Below are positions 1 to 9,888 of a stretch of DNA of 64,000 nucleotides, piece after piece (position 1 is the stretch's first letter; each line of letters begins with the position of its first letter). The DNA is from a virus. Made by a program: the position numbers and the translations under genes. The notes under the pieces were generated by a model. The model made no database searches, was not told the origin of the DNA, and worked only from the letters and a program-made list of their open reading frames with translations. The DNA lies in IMG/VR virus record IMGVR_UViG_3300021605_000004, positions 2,689 through 66,688 of that record, one strand, 5' to 3'.

Positions 1-120
1 CTTTAACGCCTTCTTCACCTCAACCGGGCGGAGGCCAGCCTCAATGACTAAAGCCTCCTGCCCGTTATCTAAAATGTAACAGTTACCTAAAGATTCGCTA
101 CCGATACAGATTAGTTTCAT
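1..120 (-). CDS. MBL-fold metallo-hydrolase/nuclease (YycJ-like), N-terminus only, runs off window
   Basis: Reverse strand reads MKLICIGSESLGNCYILDNGQEALVIEAG, matching the GSxSxGN...L(I/V)(D/E)AG pattern; lies downstream of RecT. Confidence 0.75.
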   Translation of the reverse strand, partial: MKLICIGSESLGNCYILDNGQEALVIEAGLRPVEVKKALK

Positions 121-290
121 AAATCGCTTACAAAATCACATTCAATTAATTCATAATTACCAAACGTATCTGTGTTTCGCATCATGTTAAGGTCTAAATC
201 CGCCAACTTTCTTTCGTTAGTTGTATATGCCCGAAGCAGTTTGAATCCACTTCTATCTGATTGGACGAAAACCAATATCAGTGCTTTCAT
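117..290 (-). CDS. Small hypothetical protein (57 aa)
   Basis: ATG at 290 right after the RecT stop; TGA overlaps the next ATG (ATGA); below the ORF-track cutoff. Confidence 0.55.
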   Translation of the reverse strand: MKALILVFVQSDRSGFKLLRAYTTNERKLADLDLNMMRNTDTFGNYELIECDFVSDL

Positions 291-291
291 G

Positions 292-1182
292 TCAGAAGTC
301 CGGTGTTTTCTTGGTTTTCTTACTGGCCACTTCCGGCTCCGGCCTTACTTCCGGTTCGGGTTCTGTCGGAGGTACTTCCTCGGCGAGTTGAACGGGTTCT
401 TCGGGCATGGAGATTAAAGGCTGTGAGTTTGCCATCTGAGTGGCGTCAAACTTTGGCTTTTCCTCCTCGTCTGAATTTTCAAACAATGCTGCATCGTCAG
501 ATGAGTCAATGATCACCTTACAGGCCGCATTGATCAAAGTCTTGCGAACCATAGATGATGCGAATTTGTTGTGAACTGCGCCTTTGTCTGCCAGATTTCC
601 CATGCCTTGCGCCCATGACGTTCTGATTTGCTCTATTGTCATTGGCTCCATGTCGTAGGTGCCATCCGTGAAACTGATAATGGCATAGCCACCACGAATT
701 TTATCTTCGGCAATGTTCTCCAGTTTCTGTTCGTGACAGATAACTTTTTTACGTCCGGTAAGCGGATCAAGCGTGTACTCAAATTTGTCCTCCTTATAAA
801 TGACAACAGCCTTCACGTCCACTACCTTCCCAAACCTTCTGGCAAGTGCCAGTGAACCGGCGTACTGGCGCTGCATTACCAATTTGTTCCCCCGTGGAAT
901 GAACGCAACCTGGTGTTTCATTGGGCTGAGTCCAGAAACCACCATATTGAATAAACTGTTCATAATCGACTCCTTGGTACACGACTGAAGCACCGGGAGT
1001 CCGGCTTTGTCCTTCTGTTCGTTCAGCATCAGCCATGCTGACCTGAGTGCATTAGAAGCTGAATAGTTGGGCGGTGGAGTAAGGCCACCTACCGATTCCA
1101 GTTCTGTTACCCGGCTGAGTACAAGTTCCACCATCGGAGTCTCAGCTTTTTTAATTACCTGTGTTGATTTTTCGTCTGCCAT
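292..1182 (-). CDS. recT: RecT-family ssDNA-annealing recombinase
   Basis: CTKESIMNSLFNMVVSGLSPMKHQVAFIPRG..QRQYAG and MVRKTLINAACK motifs; acidic C-terminal tail. Confidence 0.85.
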   Translation of the reverse strand: MADEKSTQVIKKAETPMVELVLSRVTELESVGGLTPPPNYSASNALRSAWLMLNEQKDKAGLPVLQSCTKESIMNSLFNMVVSGLSPMKHQVAFIPRGNKLVMQRQYAGSLALARRFGKVVDVKAVVIYKEDKFEYTLDPLTGRKKVICHEQKLENIAEDKIRGGYAIISFTDGTYDMEPMTIEQIRTSWAQGMGNLADKGAVHNKFASSMVRKTLINAACKVIIDSSDDAALFENSDEEEKPKFDATQMANSQPLISMPEEPVQLAEEVPPTEPEPEVRPEPEVASKKTKKTPDF

Positions 1183-1195
1183 AATTTTATTTTAT

Positions 1196-1624
1196 TTACT
1201 GGTTAAATGATTCAATTTGTTCAAGGCTTGGTAGTGTCTGGCCCATATCGGACGGTTCGAATTGGAACTTTTTATTGCATTTTGTACACCGATAGTAGGA
1301 AACCCAGCCATCTGTTCCTGGTTTATATCCATTATGTATCAGTTCACCGCTACACTCAGGACACTGCTTACTCAGGAAAGTCCGTTCGGCCGTAACATAT
1401 TCGTACCTCTTGATGATATTATTTCTTGATTCTTCGGGCTTGTCGGCGATAAACTTCACCTCGTACTTTCCCGGATTGTTGATCATGTCGATCACCTGTT
1501 TGGGAGGGCCTACGTTCACCGGCTGCCGTTCAAGTTTGGCTATCCGTTCAGTCAGTTGGCGTATCAATTCGCCATGGTTTGAGTCCACCTCGGCGATATA
1601 ATTTCTTAGTTCGCGCTTTTTCAT
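1196..1624 (-). CDS. Hypothetical protein with C-terminal Zn-ribbon
   Basis: CPEC...YRCTKC pairs. Confidence 0.6.
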   Translation of the reverse strand: MKKRELRNYIAEVDSNHGELIRQLTERIAKLERQPVNVGPPKQVIDMINNPGKYEVKFIADKPEESRNNIIKRYEYVTAERTFLSKQCPECSGELIHNGYKPGTDGWVSYYRCTKCNKKFQFEPSDMGQTLPSLEQIESFNQ

Positions 1625-1627
1625 ACC

Positions 1628-3568
1628 TTACTTTATTACAAGGTTTTTATCTTTCGACACCACCAGGTTCACCACCTGACACTGTGTTTCAGGTATTTCG
1701 TTGGTGCTTTCACGATTGTCTATCCACACCGGGCAATACGTATCGTGGTACTTCGACATCGCATTTATGATATCAACACCCGCCTGGATCTTCCCGGCTG
1801 AGTTGCAGTCAGAGTACGGAACGCCACGTACCAGGCATTCACATGTTTCAGCTTGGCCACCGTTTAACTGAGACTCAAACATCCTCCAGCGTACAATCGT
1901 AAACATCCCGTTCACCTTGGCCTCCACTAAATCCATGTGTGACTTGGTAAAGGCTTCAATGGCAAACTCACGACGCTCCAACTCACTGATCTGCTGTGCA
2001 AGGTTCTTCTCGTCTGCAAGCAGTTCATTAAGTCTGGTTTCGGATTTTTTGATTACATCCGTAACGGTAAGCTGCCGGTTCAGGTCGTCAATTACAACCT
2101 GGAACTGCGCTTTCTGCTGTTTCAACCCGTCGATATCCAGTTTAGGTACTTCAAGTATCGACAACTGTAACTTGTCGATCATATCCTTGAGGCTACTGAA
2201 CTCAACATTATCTGTTACTGACGGCTTCGGTAACGGTACGGAACTGCCTGCGGCCTTTACGTTTTCTTCGGCTTTTGCTACTTCTGTTTGTGCTTGCTCA
2301 ATCTGCTTTGCTACATCTGTAACCTGGGTGGTTAACCTCGTAACCGTATCGGCATGTGTTTTTCCTTCTGACGAAATAGAAGATAGCCGTAAACGCTTAT
2401 CGGTATTAAAATTCTCCATTAAACTGTTCTGTACCTCGAAGGCTTTGTCTGCATCAAACGGACGCTTACAGGTAGGACATGACAGTTTACTTTCGTCAAC
2501 CGTTAGTACCTCATCGTCAATCGCACCCCATTTGTCACGTAACTGCTTGATGATAGATTGCTCGGATGCTACCTGACGCTCCAGTGACTCCTTGGACAGT
2601 TCCAGTGCTTTGAGCTGCGTCTGCGCGTTCTTCAGTTTCCCGGCAGCCTGGTTCGCCTCCATCTGGCGCTGGTTCTCTTTCGTCTGCCAGTCAGTAAGGA
2701 TCTCGAACGCGATCTGCTGTTGGCGCTTCTTCAGGTCGAAAATCTTAGTCTGGGCAGCTTGCACCTTCTCTCCCTGCTCCTGATACGATGCCACTTGGTC
2801 CTCAATCGTCTTTTCGATTTCAGATATACTGTTCTGGTTGGACTTAATCGCTGCCTTTATCTCACTTTCGTTGATCGGATCCGGTGTGGCGCGCCTCACT
2901 TCATCAACGCGCGAAGGAATCAGGTTCAGGTCGTCTTGCAGCTTCTTCTTCAGCACAGCAATCTCCTTTTTATATTCAATCAGCTTCTTGCCACGGTCCA
3001 TGATCGCCTTGATATCCGACTGAACATCCTTGGATAGCGAAGTCATTACCTCTTTCAGCTCAATCTTTCCGGCCATGGTGACAAGGACTTGGCGACGATC
3101 CTGCCACTTCATCTGGTTGAAGTATAAAGTCGAAGTCAGTAACTTGAACAAGGACTCACTGACGATACCGTCAATCTTATTTTTATATTCTGTGGCAGAT
3201 TGCGGAACATTATCGACATAAAACAGCGTTTCATGGCCCGTAAGATCCGAAGTATCACTGCCTCGACGCCTCGTCCACTTTTCGCGGTAAACCCTCTTTA
3301 ACGTGATCTCTGTGCCATCTACGGTCAAAATACCCTCAACACTGTGGTCGATCATCGGGATAGCCTTGCCATTTTCCAAAGTCTTTATCTCAAAGTCTTT
3401 GCTGTCGTGGCTATCTTTACCGAAAAGGAGCCATGTAAACGCGTCAAAAATGGTTGACTTGCCTGATCCATTCTCACCATGTATGTTACTGGTGTGGTTA
3501 AACTCAACCTCAAGGGATTTTACACCCTTGAAGTTGGTTAGGATTAGTTTTTTCAGTTCGATTCTCAT
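1628..3568 (-). CDS. SMC/Rad50-like coiled-coil ATPase
   Basis: LTNFKG, Walker A GENGSGKST, CPTC zinc hook within the coiled coil, C-terminal WIDNRES. Confidence 0.85.
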   Translation of the reverse strand: MRIELKKLILTNFKGVKSLEVEFNHTSNIHGENGSGKSTIFDAFTWLLFGKDSHDSKDFEIKTLENGKAIPMIDHSVEGILTVDGTEITLKRVYREKWTRRRGSDTSDLTGHETLFYVDNVPQSATEYKNKIDGIVSESLFKLLTSTLYFNQMKWQDRRQVLVTMAGKIELKEVMTSLSKDVQSDIKAIMDRGKKLIEYKKEIAVLKKKLQDDLNLIPSRVDEVRRATPDPINESEIKAAIKSNQNSISEIEKTIEDQVASYQEQGEKVQAAQTKIFDLKKRQQQIAFEILTDWQTKENQRQMEANQAAGKLKNAQTQLKALELSKESLERQVASEQSIIKQLRDKWGAIDDEVLTVDESKLSCPTCKRPFDADKAFEVQNSLMENFNTDKRLRLSSISSEGKTHADTVTRLTTQVTDVAKQIEQAQTEVAKAEENVKAAGSSVPLPKPSVTDNVEFSSLKDMIDKLQLSILEVPKLDIDGLKQQKAQFQVVIDDLNRQLTVTDVIKKSETRLNELLADEKNLAQQISELERREFAIEAFTKSHMDLVEAKVNGMFTIVRWRMFESQLNGGQAETCECLVRGVPYSDCNSAGKIQAGVDIINAMSKYHDTYCPVWIDNRESTNEIPETQCQVVNLVVSKDKNLVIK

Positions 3569-3762
3569 GCCTCACTCCTTTGCATTATTCGTGACACCTG
3601 TTTTTTGATTCCCTTCCGGCTGTGTCGGTTACTTGCCATTTCAATGATGCCTTTTTTCATAAGGTCAAGGTTCGTTCTGGCTATTCTTCCGTCCGGATTG
3701 TCGCAGTAATTCGGAATATTCTTTATCCTGCGCTGCTGTTTTACTTTGGCTTGGCTTTTCAT
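3565..3762 (-). CDS. Hypothetical basic protein
   Basis: Start/stop overlaps with both neighbours. Confidence 0.55.
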   Translation of the reverse strand: MKSQAKVKQQRRIKNIPNYCDNPDGRIARTNLDLMKKGIIEMASNRHSRKGIKKQVSRIMQRSEA

Positions 3763-4100
3763 AACCCTAAATCTGTCTGTAAATATCTTGTCGGAATCGG
3801 ACTCTCCCTCTGTGCAATGTCGTTGGTGTCAAGGCGGATCCAGTACACTTCATTCTTGGCCTCGTCAACTACCACGTCGCACAGGATGTTTCGGAACTCT
3901 GAGCCGGCCTGGATTATGGTTGATGCCTTATTAATGTAGGCTTCGTGGCCTTTGATTTCGGCATTGATCTGCGCTTTGACCTGTGCCAGATTGTCCTCTG
4001 CTTCCTTTTTCTTGTTCAGGTGTTCGGACATTTCCTTGCTGATAGCAAGCATTTCATCATCCCGGAGGATGCACTTGATGTTGAGGGTTTCCTGTTTCAT
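3759..4100 (-). CDS. Hypothetical coiled-coil protein
   Basis: Coupled ORF in the leftward early operon. Confidence 0.65.
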   Translation of the reverse strand: MKQETLNIKCILRDDEMLAISKEMSEHLNKKKEAEDNLAQVKAQINAEIKGHEAYINKASTIIQAGSEFRNILCDVVVDEAKNEVYWIRLDTNDIAQRESPIPTRYLQTDLGL

Positions 4101-4333
4101 TTGCTTAGTTTTAATATTTCTGATTGTAAAAATTTTGGATGTTGCCCTTTGGGTGTGATGCTTTTTAAATCTCCGCGTTTAAGCATCCGGTCTACTGTGG
4201 CCATGCTCACGCCCAGGATATCGCATACGTCGGCCTTGGTGATCGGCTTGTCGAAGCGTTTAGTCATTTCCTCTTGCACGATTTTGCGAATCGTGGAGTA
4301 CAGTTCTTCGGGTGTGATGTCGTGTAATATCAT
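4097..4333 (-). CDS. HTH DNA-binding protein, excisionase-like
   Basis: ITKADVCDILGVSMATVDRMLKRG (HTH_17-like); near the integrase. Confidence 0.8.
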   Translation of the reverse strand: MILHDITPEELYSTIRKIVQEEMTKRFDKPITKADVCDILGVSMATVDRMLKRGDLKSITPKGQHPKFLQSEILKLSK

Positions 4334-4536
4334 TTATGGTTACAGATTACATCATAAGCATTAATTTTCCCAATGAACTCCGTCAGGTCGAAGATAAAGT
4401 CGTGTTCGTTGAGGATGGACCCATCCTCAATTTTCACAACGCGTACTTTCTTCTCCAACTCGTAATATGCCACCAGGACTTTACCGATCTGTGTCGATAA
4501 TATCCCACTCTCGTAAATGAAATGAATCGTCTTCAT
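4330..4536 (-). CDS. Hypothetical protein
   Basis: Coupled ORF. Confidence 0.55.
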   Translation of the reverse strand: MKTIHFIYESGILSTQIGKVLVAYYELEKKVRVVKIEDGSILNEHDFIFDLTEFIGKINAYDVICNHK

Positions 4537-4775
4537 GCCGGATAGATTTGGGATCTCAGGACTTCGTACTGCCCCCAGACTGAGTTAATAACTACTGTGT
4601 CCTTGTCGTCTGCGATGATGATGCCCCAAACCAGGTCTTCATCAATGAAAAACTCGCAGGGAGTGTAAACGGTTGCCGTCCTACGGAACCTGTCAACCTT
4701 CCGAGTTACTGAAATTAAAATATATGCTATTGTAATAACACATATTCCAAGCATAATAAATGAAAATGTCCTCAT
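4533..4775 (-). CDS. Hypothetical membrane-anchored protein
   Basis: N-terminal hydrophobic helix. Confidence 0.55.
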   Translation of the reverse strand: MRTFSFIMLGICVITIAYILISVTRKVDRFRRTATVYTPCEFFIDEDLVWGIIIADDKDTVVINSVWGQYEVLRSQIYPA

Positions 4776-4792
4776 AGTTATTTTGATTTAGG

Positions 4793-5032
4793 TTAATATT
4801 TGCGGATTCCTATGACACCACTGCGTTTCAGCACACAGCGTATGGCCGAGATAGACATATCAAACTCACCGGCCAATACCTTAACAATTTCACCGATGGC
4901 ACCGGATAATTGCTTATACCTTATTAATATATTGGCATTGCGTGAATTTTTAATCGCCTGTCTTTCAGTAAGCAGAACCTTGCTGATACTATTTTTCTTG
5001 CTTTTCGTGTCTACAATCATTATCTTTGACAT
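4793..5032 (-). CDS. Cro-like small HTH regulator; start revised to MSKIMI
   Basis: Divergent from the repressor; C-terminal VKVLAGEFDMSISAIRCVLKR; promoter at 5066-5096 lies just upstream. Confidence 0.55.
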   Translation of the reverse strand: MSKIMIVDTKSKKNSISKVLLTERQAIKNSRNANILIRYKQLSGAIGEIVKVLAGEFDMSISAIRCVLKRSGVIGIRKY

Positions 5033-5065
5033 TATGTTTATTACAATAACAAATAAAATACTTGG

Positions 5066-5096
5066 CAAATATACACCTGATATTTGAATTTCCAAA
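5066..5096 (-). promoter_or_regulatory. Bacteroidota sigma-A-type promoter for the leftward early operon
   Basis: TTTG-N19-TATATTTG on the minus strand. Confidence 0.7.
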
Positions 5097-5132
5097 TAAA
5101 AATATAAGTTTTTACAAAAAAAGTTTTTAACA

Positions 5133-5537
5133 ATGGGGACAATTATACATTTGAAGATGAAAGCAGCCCGTGAATCGTTAGGAATAACGCAGGTTGCAGC
5201 ATCCAAAGAGGCAAAATATAATCAGAGCCAACTTTCACTGATGGAAAGCGGCGAGACGACATTTATCCCAAATAACTATCTGTCGTGGATGGCAAAGCAT
5301 GGCGCGGACCTGAATGGCATATTCAATCCGGACGTGTCGCTGGAAATGTATAAGGATATGTGTACCGTAGCTTCTGAGAAGTTATCTCATCCGCCGGTGG
5401 ACACAAGCCATATTTGCCAGAAGTGTGAGGAGAAAGATCACCAGATAAAGACACTGGAGCAGTATGTGGACGATCTGAGGTTTATGATACGTAAGCCGGT
5501 CAACCCTCCTGAAAATACGAGTGATCCTGGATCATAA
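5133..5537 (+). CDS. XRE-family CI-like repressor
   Basis: MKAARESLGITQVAASKEAKYNQSQLSLMESG HTH plus C-terminal coiled coil. Confidence 0.8.
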   Translation: MGTIIHLKMKAARESLGITQVAASKEAKYNQSQLSLMESGETTFIPNNYLSWMAKHGADLNGIFNPDVSLEMYKDMCTVASEKLSHPPVDTSHICQKCEEKDHQIKTLEQYVDDLRFMIRKPVNPPENTSDPGS

Positions 5538-6714
5538 GCGCGTTTTCTTCCTTGCCGATACGGATATATTTGCGGAATGATTCGTCTGTTTTCCAACCGC
5601 CAACCATCATTATAGCCTTCTGAGGTATCCCGGCCTTGAGCATATTGCTGGCCGCACTGCGCCTCATTGTGTGACTGGACACCAATTCATACTTATTAAC
5701 CACCGTCGTTACCAGCTTACCGCCTTTAGTCTTTGTCACCTGAACATTGTCAGTTATCCCGGCTTTCTTTGCGATAGCCTTTAACGCTTTATTGGTGGAC
5801 TGATTCGACGGAGCTGGTGGCAGTCCGTCCGGGTTATCCTCCAGTATTTGTTTGACGACCCAATGCAGCGGTACAACCACATCCTCGCCGGTCTTCTGGT
5901 TCTTATCCCACATCAGGCCATCACGGACGCTGTTGGGCGTAATCTTTGAACTGTCACTAAACCTCAGTGCCGTGAATGCAGCGATCATGTTCCTGTCGCG
6001 GACGATGGACTGTTTCTTAGGCAGGTTAATCACGTACATCTTCAGCAGCTCATGTACCGTCAGGTATATTGTGAACGCATCCTCTCTTGGCTTGGTGTAT
6101 GCTCCACCTTTATAATCGGTGTTGCGGTGTAGTCCCTGGTCTTTCGCCACGGTCATTAATTCACGTATCACTCCGACATTCTTGCCGATATAATTTATCC
6201 CGGCGCCTATGGTTCCGTCGGCCATTTTAGTACGCTCCAAATACGCTTGGTATTTCTTAAACCATTCATCGTTGATATCGCCAAAGTCTTTTGGGCCATT
6301 GTACCCTTTAAGCAGTTTTAATATCGACCGGTACACCTCAATGGATCCTTCCGGCCGGTATTCAGCACACTCAACAATAAACCGTTCAATGAACTGGACG
6401 AACGTTTCCTTTTTGCCGCCATTTTTTATATCCCGTTCGATGGCTGTCTTTAGGACATTAGGCGTTATATTTGCAAAGTCGGCTTTGAGTGACAGGTGAA
6501 CCTCCCTGGCGCGTGACTTTAACCGTTCAAGGTAAGTTGTCAGAGTGGCCGCTGAAGGAGCATTGGACCGTGGGAGTTGTTTTGCCTTGTTCCAGTTATC
6601 CGGGTGGATAGTTTCGCCGGTGGATATCTTAACACGTCTGCCGTTCATATAGCAGGTTAAGAAAATAAGCGTCTCGGACTTGGCCGATGGCGACTTTAAG
6701 GTATAGGTAAACAT
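5500..6714 (-). CDS. int: Tyrosine integrase, Bacteroidota type; start revised to MFTYTLK
   Basis: N-terminal arm-binding domain (RVKISTG..IHPDNWN), TALRFSD, KTG, SSHTMRRS, FRKYI; TATCTTTG promoter at 6735-6742 supports ATG at 6714. Confidence 0.92.
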   Translation of the reverse strand: MFTYTLKSPSAKSETLIFLTCYMNGRRVKISTGETIHPDNWNKAKQLPRSNAPSAATLTTYLERLKSRAREVHLSLKADFANITPNVLKTAIERDIKNGGKKETFVQFIERFIVECAEYRPEGSIEVYRSILKLLKGYNGPKDFGDINDEWFKKYQAYLERTKMADGTIGAGINYIGKNVGVIRELMTVAKDQGLHRNTDYKGGAYTKPREDAFTIYLTVHELLKMYVINLPKKQSIVRDRNMIAAFTALRFSDSSKITPNSVRDGLMWDKNQKTGEDVVVPLHWVVKQILEDNPDGLPPAPSNQSTNKALKAIAKKAGITDNVQVTKTKGGKLVTTVVNKYELVSSHTMRRSAASNMLKAGIPQKAIMMVGGWKTDESFRKYIRIGKEENALMIQDHSYFQEG

Positions 6715-6842
6715 AGCTGATGAATTGGTTGATGCAAAGATACAACGGATTCTCGCCTTTTTTACAAATTCAAATAAATATTTTTCTATGCCAGTGGTGA
6801 TAAGGCTTTCCAAATATCAGAAACTGCAAAGTAAAAGGACTC

Positions 6843-7110
6843 AGGTGCGGAGTTGGATGCGGTTAGAGGTGCGGTTTTTAGAAAGAATTTGACATATTTA
6901 TCATATCGCATATATGATGTTCGTAGAAATTGAGCCTCAAATATATAGAACTTACAATAAAAAAAGCCTCTGATATAATATAACACAATAAAAAATGAAA
7001 ATCATATATTTCTTCCAATCCCTGTCTCTCCGCATTATATACGCTGAAGGCCCTGTAAACACTAACGTTTCAGGGCCTTTTGATTTTCATAGGTGCGGTT
7101 GTAGGTGCGT
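6843..7110. other. attP: core matching a tRNA (probably Ser) 3' end, flanked by arm-type repeats
   Basis: TTCCAATCCCTGTCTCTCCGCA at 7013-7034; AGGTGCGG-type repeats at 6843, 6855, 6867 and 7091, 7103 (12-bp spacing). Confidence 0.75.
7047..7081 (+). terminator. Intrinsic terminator after the att core
   Basis: AAGGCCCTG...CAGGGCCTT followed by a T run. Confidence 0.65.
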
Positions 7111-7114
7111 ATGC

Positions 7115-8446
7115 CTATCTAAGTTGCCGCCAATAAATCCCGTCAATAATGAATTTCGAGCTGACACCATCTGCAAGTGCAATACTGGACACTTCGCCAC
7201 CAGCCTTATTGATAAAGGACGGGTCGGATGCGTTCTTTAATACTGTCGTTCCGTTGGCTCCAACGTTATTGATCTCAACGACTTGGCCTTCTTCCATTGT
7301 TGATATCAACGGCAAGGTAAGGTTGATTGCCCCGCCCTGGCTGTCGGAGGTATGTGCTTTTTTCAGCGTAGTTGATGTCAATACCGTAGTGGTAAGTATT
7401 TTACTCCACGACACGACATTTCCAATAGCACTTATCTGTGTTTGCAAATTGCTTGTGGCACCGGAAAGGTAATTAATCTCCGCCGCTGTTGCTTCCACGG
7501 CCACTCCGTTAATCTTCGGTGCAATAATGTCCAGTTCATCTATCTGTTTATTGGCATCCAGTACGATTGACTTGGACGCCTCGGCTGTTCCGGCTGTAAC
7601 ATCAATGAATGACAACTTATCAGAGTTTACTGTTCCGGCCTCGATAAATCCGCTTGCATTAAGCACCGGGATTTTGGATGCCGTCAAAGCTGCAAGCTGA
7701 GTCATCAGGATAGCGGCAGTATCCGATAAATGTGATGCAACAATTTCTTTGGCCTTTATCATGGCGGCCAGAATCTTTGACGCTCCAATGGCGAACACTC
7801 CGGCTGCGGACATGGTAACGTCACCAGATATAGCCACTGATTTAACATCCGTTCCATCACCCACAAGCACTTGTGCCGATGTTTTAGCTGATAATTCGAC
7901 AGGTAAGTTTGTTGCACCTCCAACAATGATACTGCCACGTGTGATATCAACCAGTTTGGCTAACGTCACTGCCTTGGCTTCTATTTTAGCTGTCGATACG
8001 CCAAGGTCCTTGATGATAATTTCTCCAGTTGTGGTGTCTATGCCTAAAGTTGTATCGTCAACGATTGACTCGTGTAATGCCTCTGCTTTAATAAAAGGAA
8101 GGCTGTCTACGGACGGAAGGATAAAAACAGACCACGCTGAATTATGGTATTCGCACCATATCTTTGACTTTTTTGCCAACCATGAATAAGGAACTTTGAC
8201 ACCAAACACAGCCAATGAAAAATCTCCAAATCTCGAATCGGCAGTTGTGGTAATAACCACACCCTCATAATCAATCAAAACCACCATTCCTTCCTTTGGA
8301 GTTCCGGTTGGATCTATTGTACAGTTTGCCGAAATTGCTTTGGCTCCATATATTTTATATTGGGACACCCTTGACTCCAGTGTTAACAAGACAGGAAAGG
8401 ATGCGGTGGCAAGGTTTATGGGGCAAATACTATTGATTTTTGACAT
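7115..8446 (-). CDS. Tail-fibre-like structural protein
   Basis: GVSTAKI..AVTLAKL and TAAEINYLSGATSNLQTQI fibre motifs; own TATATTTG promoter at 8463-8470. Confidence 0.6.
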   Translation of the reverse strand: MSKINSICPINLATASFPVLLTLESRVSQYKIYGAKAISANCTIDPTGTPKEGMVVLIDYEGVVITTTADSRFGDFSLAVFGVKVPYSWLAKKSKIWCEYHNSAWSVFILPSVDSLPFIKAEALHESIVDDTTLGIDTTTGEIIIKDLGVSTAKIEAKAVTLAKLVDITRGSIIVGGATNLPVELSAKTSAQVLVGDGTDVKSVAISGDVTMSAAGVFAIGASKILAAMIKAKEIVASHLSDTAAILMTQLAALTASKIPVLNASGFIEAGTVNSDKLSFIDVTAGTAEASKSIVLDANKQIDELDIIAPKINGVAVEATAAEINYLSGATSNLQTQISAIGNVVSWSKILTTTVLTSTTLKKAHTSDSQGGAINLTLPLISTMEEGQVVEINNVGANGTTVLKNASDPSFINKAGGEVSSIALADGVSSKFIIDGIYWRQLR

Positions 8447-8489
8447 CGTAATATGTTTTGTACAAATATAATCTTCGGTTAAAGGATTT

Positions 8490-9110
8490 TCAACGTATAT
8501 TGAATAGGATCATGGCCTCGGCTACCGGAGTGCTGATTGTCCAGTTATATCCTGCACCAAGTCCTATGCCCCACCGATCTTTGAAGGTGTATATCGCGCC
8601 CAGGCTTGCGGCACTCACTTTAATCGGCGATAAGTCCACTGTCGGCTTGCCATACAGCCAGATGTGCGACTTGGTACCATATACCAGTTTTGGTAGGCAT
8701 GTGTCGATATGCGTTGTTACTGTGATGATTTCTTTAGGACTCACTACTTCCTTAAATTGGATCTCAGCCTGACAGTCCTTTACGTTAATGGCATAATGGA
8801 TCCGTCCGCTTCCGGCCGCATTGGTGAACTTGTAGGTATCTTCGAACCACGCCTGACAATATTTTACGGTCGTGTCATGGATGGTAATTACTTTTTCCTT
8901 TGGTCTAAGCCAAGTGGTGTCGTAAATATATATGGTGTCGTGAACCGTGTCGCTTGTTTTAGGCGCTGTCAGGCAGGCTTCGTACAATAATTGTAACTGC
9001 TCTGCCGATTTCTTATAATCAGCCCTCTGGCAACCCTGCTGAATGCACAGGGCTACCAATAGGCCAATTACTACACAGGCTGCAATGAGCCAGGTTAAGG
9101 GATTTTTCAT
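8490..9110 (-). CDS. Membrane-anchored lysis accessory protein, spanin-like
   Basis: N-terminal TM helix, DTVHDTIYIYDT repeats, C-terminal GIGLGAGY beta strands; follows holin and endolysin. Confidence 0.5.
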   Translation of the reverse strand: MKNPLTWLIAACVVIGLLVALCIQQGCQRADYKKSAEQLQLLYEACLTAPKTSDTVHDTIYIYDTTWLRPKEKVITIHDTTVKYCQAWFEDTYKFTNAAGSGRIHYAINVKDCQAEIQFKEVVSPKEIITVTTHIDTCLPKLVYGTKSHIWLYGKPTVDLSPIKVSAASLGAIYTFKDRWGIGLGAGYNWTISTPVAEAMILFNIR

Positions 9111-9292
9111 TTACCTGTTTTGTTACCGTCCTTTGCGACGATAAAGCCAAGTCCTGTAAGGATTGCTACGATGGTAGCAAAAATTTCAGGTGAGATTTTG
9201 CCAGCCAACTGTAACGTTGTGGCAACAAAAAGCAGAAGGCCGCCAAGACTTGTCTTCCATGATCCAAGGATTACTGCCCAGATTTCTTTCAT
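9107..9292 (-). CDS. Holin
   Basis: 61 aa, two TM helices, WKTSLGG...AKD; adjacent to endolysin. Confidence 0.7.
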   Translation of the reverse strand: MKEIWAVILGSWKTSLGGLLLFVATTLQLAGKISPEIFATIVAILTGLGFIVAKDGNKTGK

Positions 9293-9305
9293 AATGTTTG
9301 TTGTT

Positions 9306-9827
9306 TTAAGGTTTAAATTGAAAGTCGTTTAGTCTGTTGATCCATCCTTTTTCGAATTTCTTCTGGGATGGTTTTTCTTTAATAATATTCTTAATAAAGG
9401 CAAGCCGCGCGTTATAAATCTTCATATGAAAATCAGCTTGATTCTGGGCGTTTACAGCGGCTACCGTGTTTGGCCCTGCTATCCCATCATCCGGGAGCAA
9501 TAACAGCCTCTGAGGTATCTTTATGCCCCACTTTCCGCTGCACCACAACCAATCCACAAGGATATTGGCCACGGACTGATTGGTGATATAGTCGGCCATC
9601 CACCGGTCCCAATAGAACTTCTTTAAAACAGTAGTAGCGTCTTGAACAGATAACAGTTTAATATCGTCGTGGTCAATGTCCCCGTCGCCGTCTTTATCGT
9701 ATCCAACCGCCATCCATGTGGATAATGTAACGCCCATGTTTGTAGCACCACCTTTATCATCATGATCCTCAACATAACCGCCTTCCCATTTAAGCATGAT
9801 CGGGGTAAGAAGTTCGACTTTTGCCAT
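9306..9827 (-). CDS. Endolysin, GH108 family with peptidoglycan-binding domain
   Basis: WEGGYV..DKGGATNMGVT, DGIAGPNT, KFEKGWINRL. Confidence 0.9.
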   Translation of the reverse strand: MAKVELLTPIMLKWEGGYVEDHDDKGGATNMGVTLSTWMAVGYDKDGDGDIDHDDIKLLSVQDATTVLKKFYWDRWMADYITNQSVANILVDWLWCSGKWGIKIPQRLLLLPDDGIAGPNTVAAVNAQNQADFHMKIYNARLAFIKNIIKEKPSQKKFEKGWINRLNDFQFKP

Positions 9828-9888
9828 TATTCTGTTCTAAATTCAGATGTAGGTTGACCGTGTTTTCTCGTACAGTCGTTATGGTTTA

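Noticed and set aside
1917-2576. Long + strand ORFs opposite minus-strand genes, here and across the structural region
   Set aside because: Antisense shadows without motifs
7013-7034. Functional tRNA gene
   Set aside because: Only the 3' ~22 nt are present; upstream sequence is AT-rich and cannot form a cloverleaf
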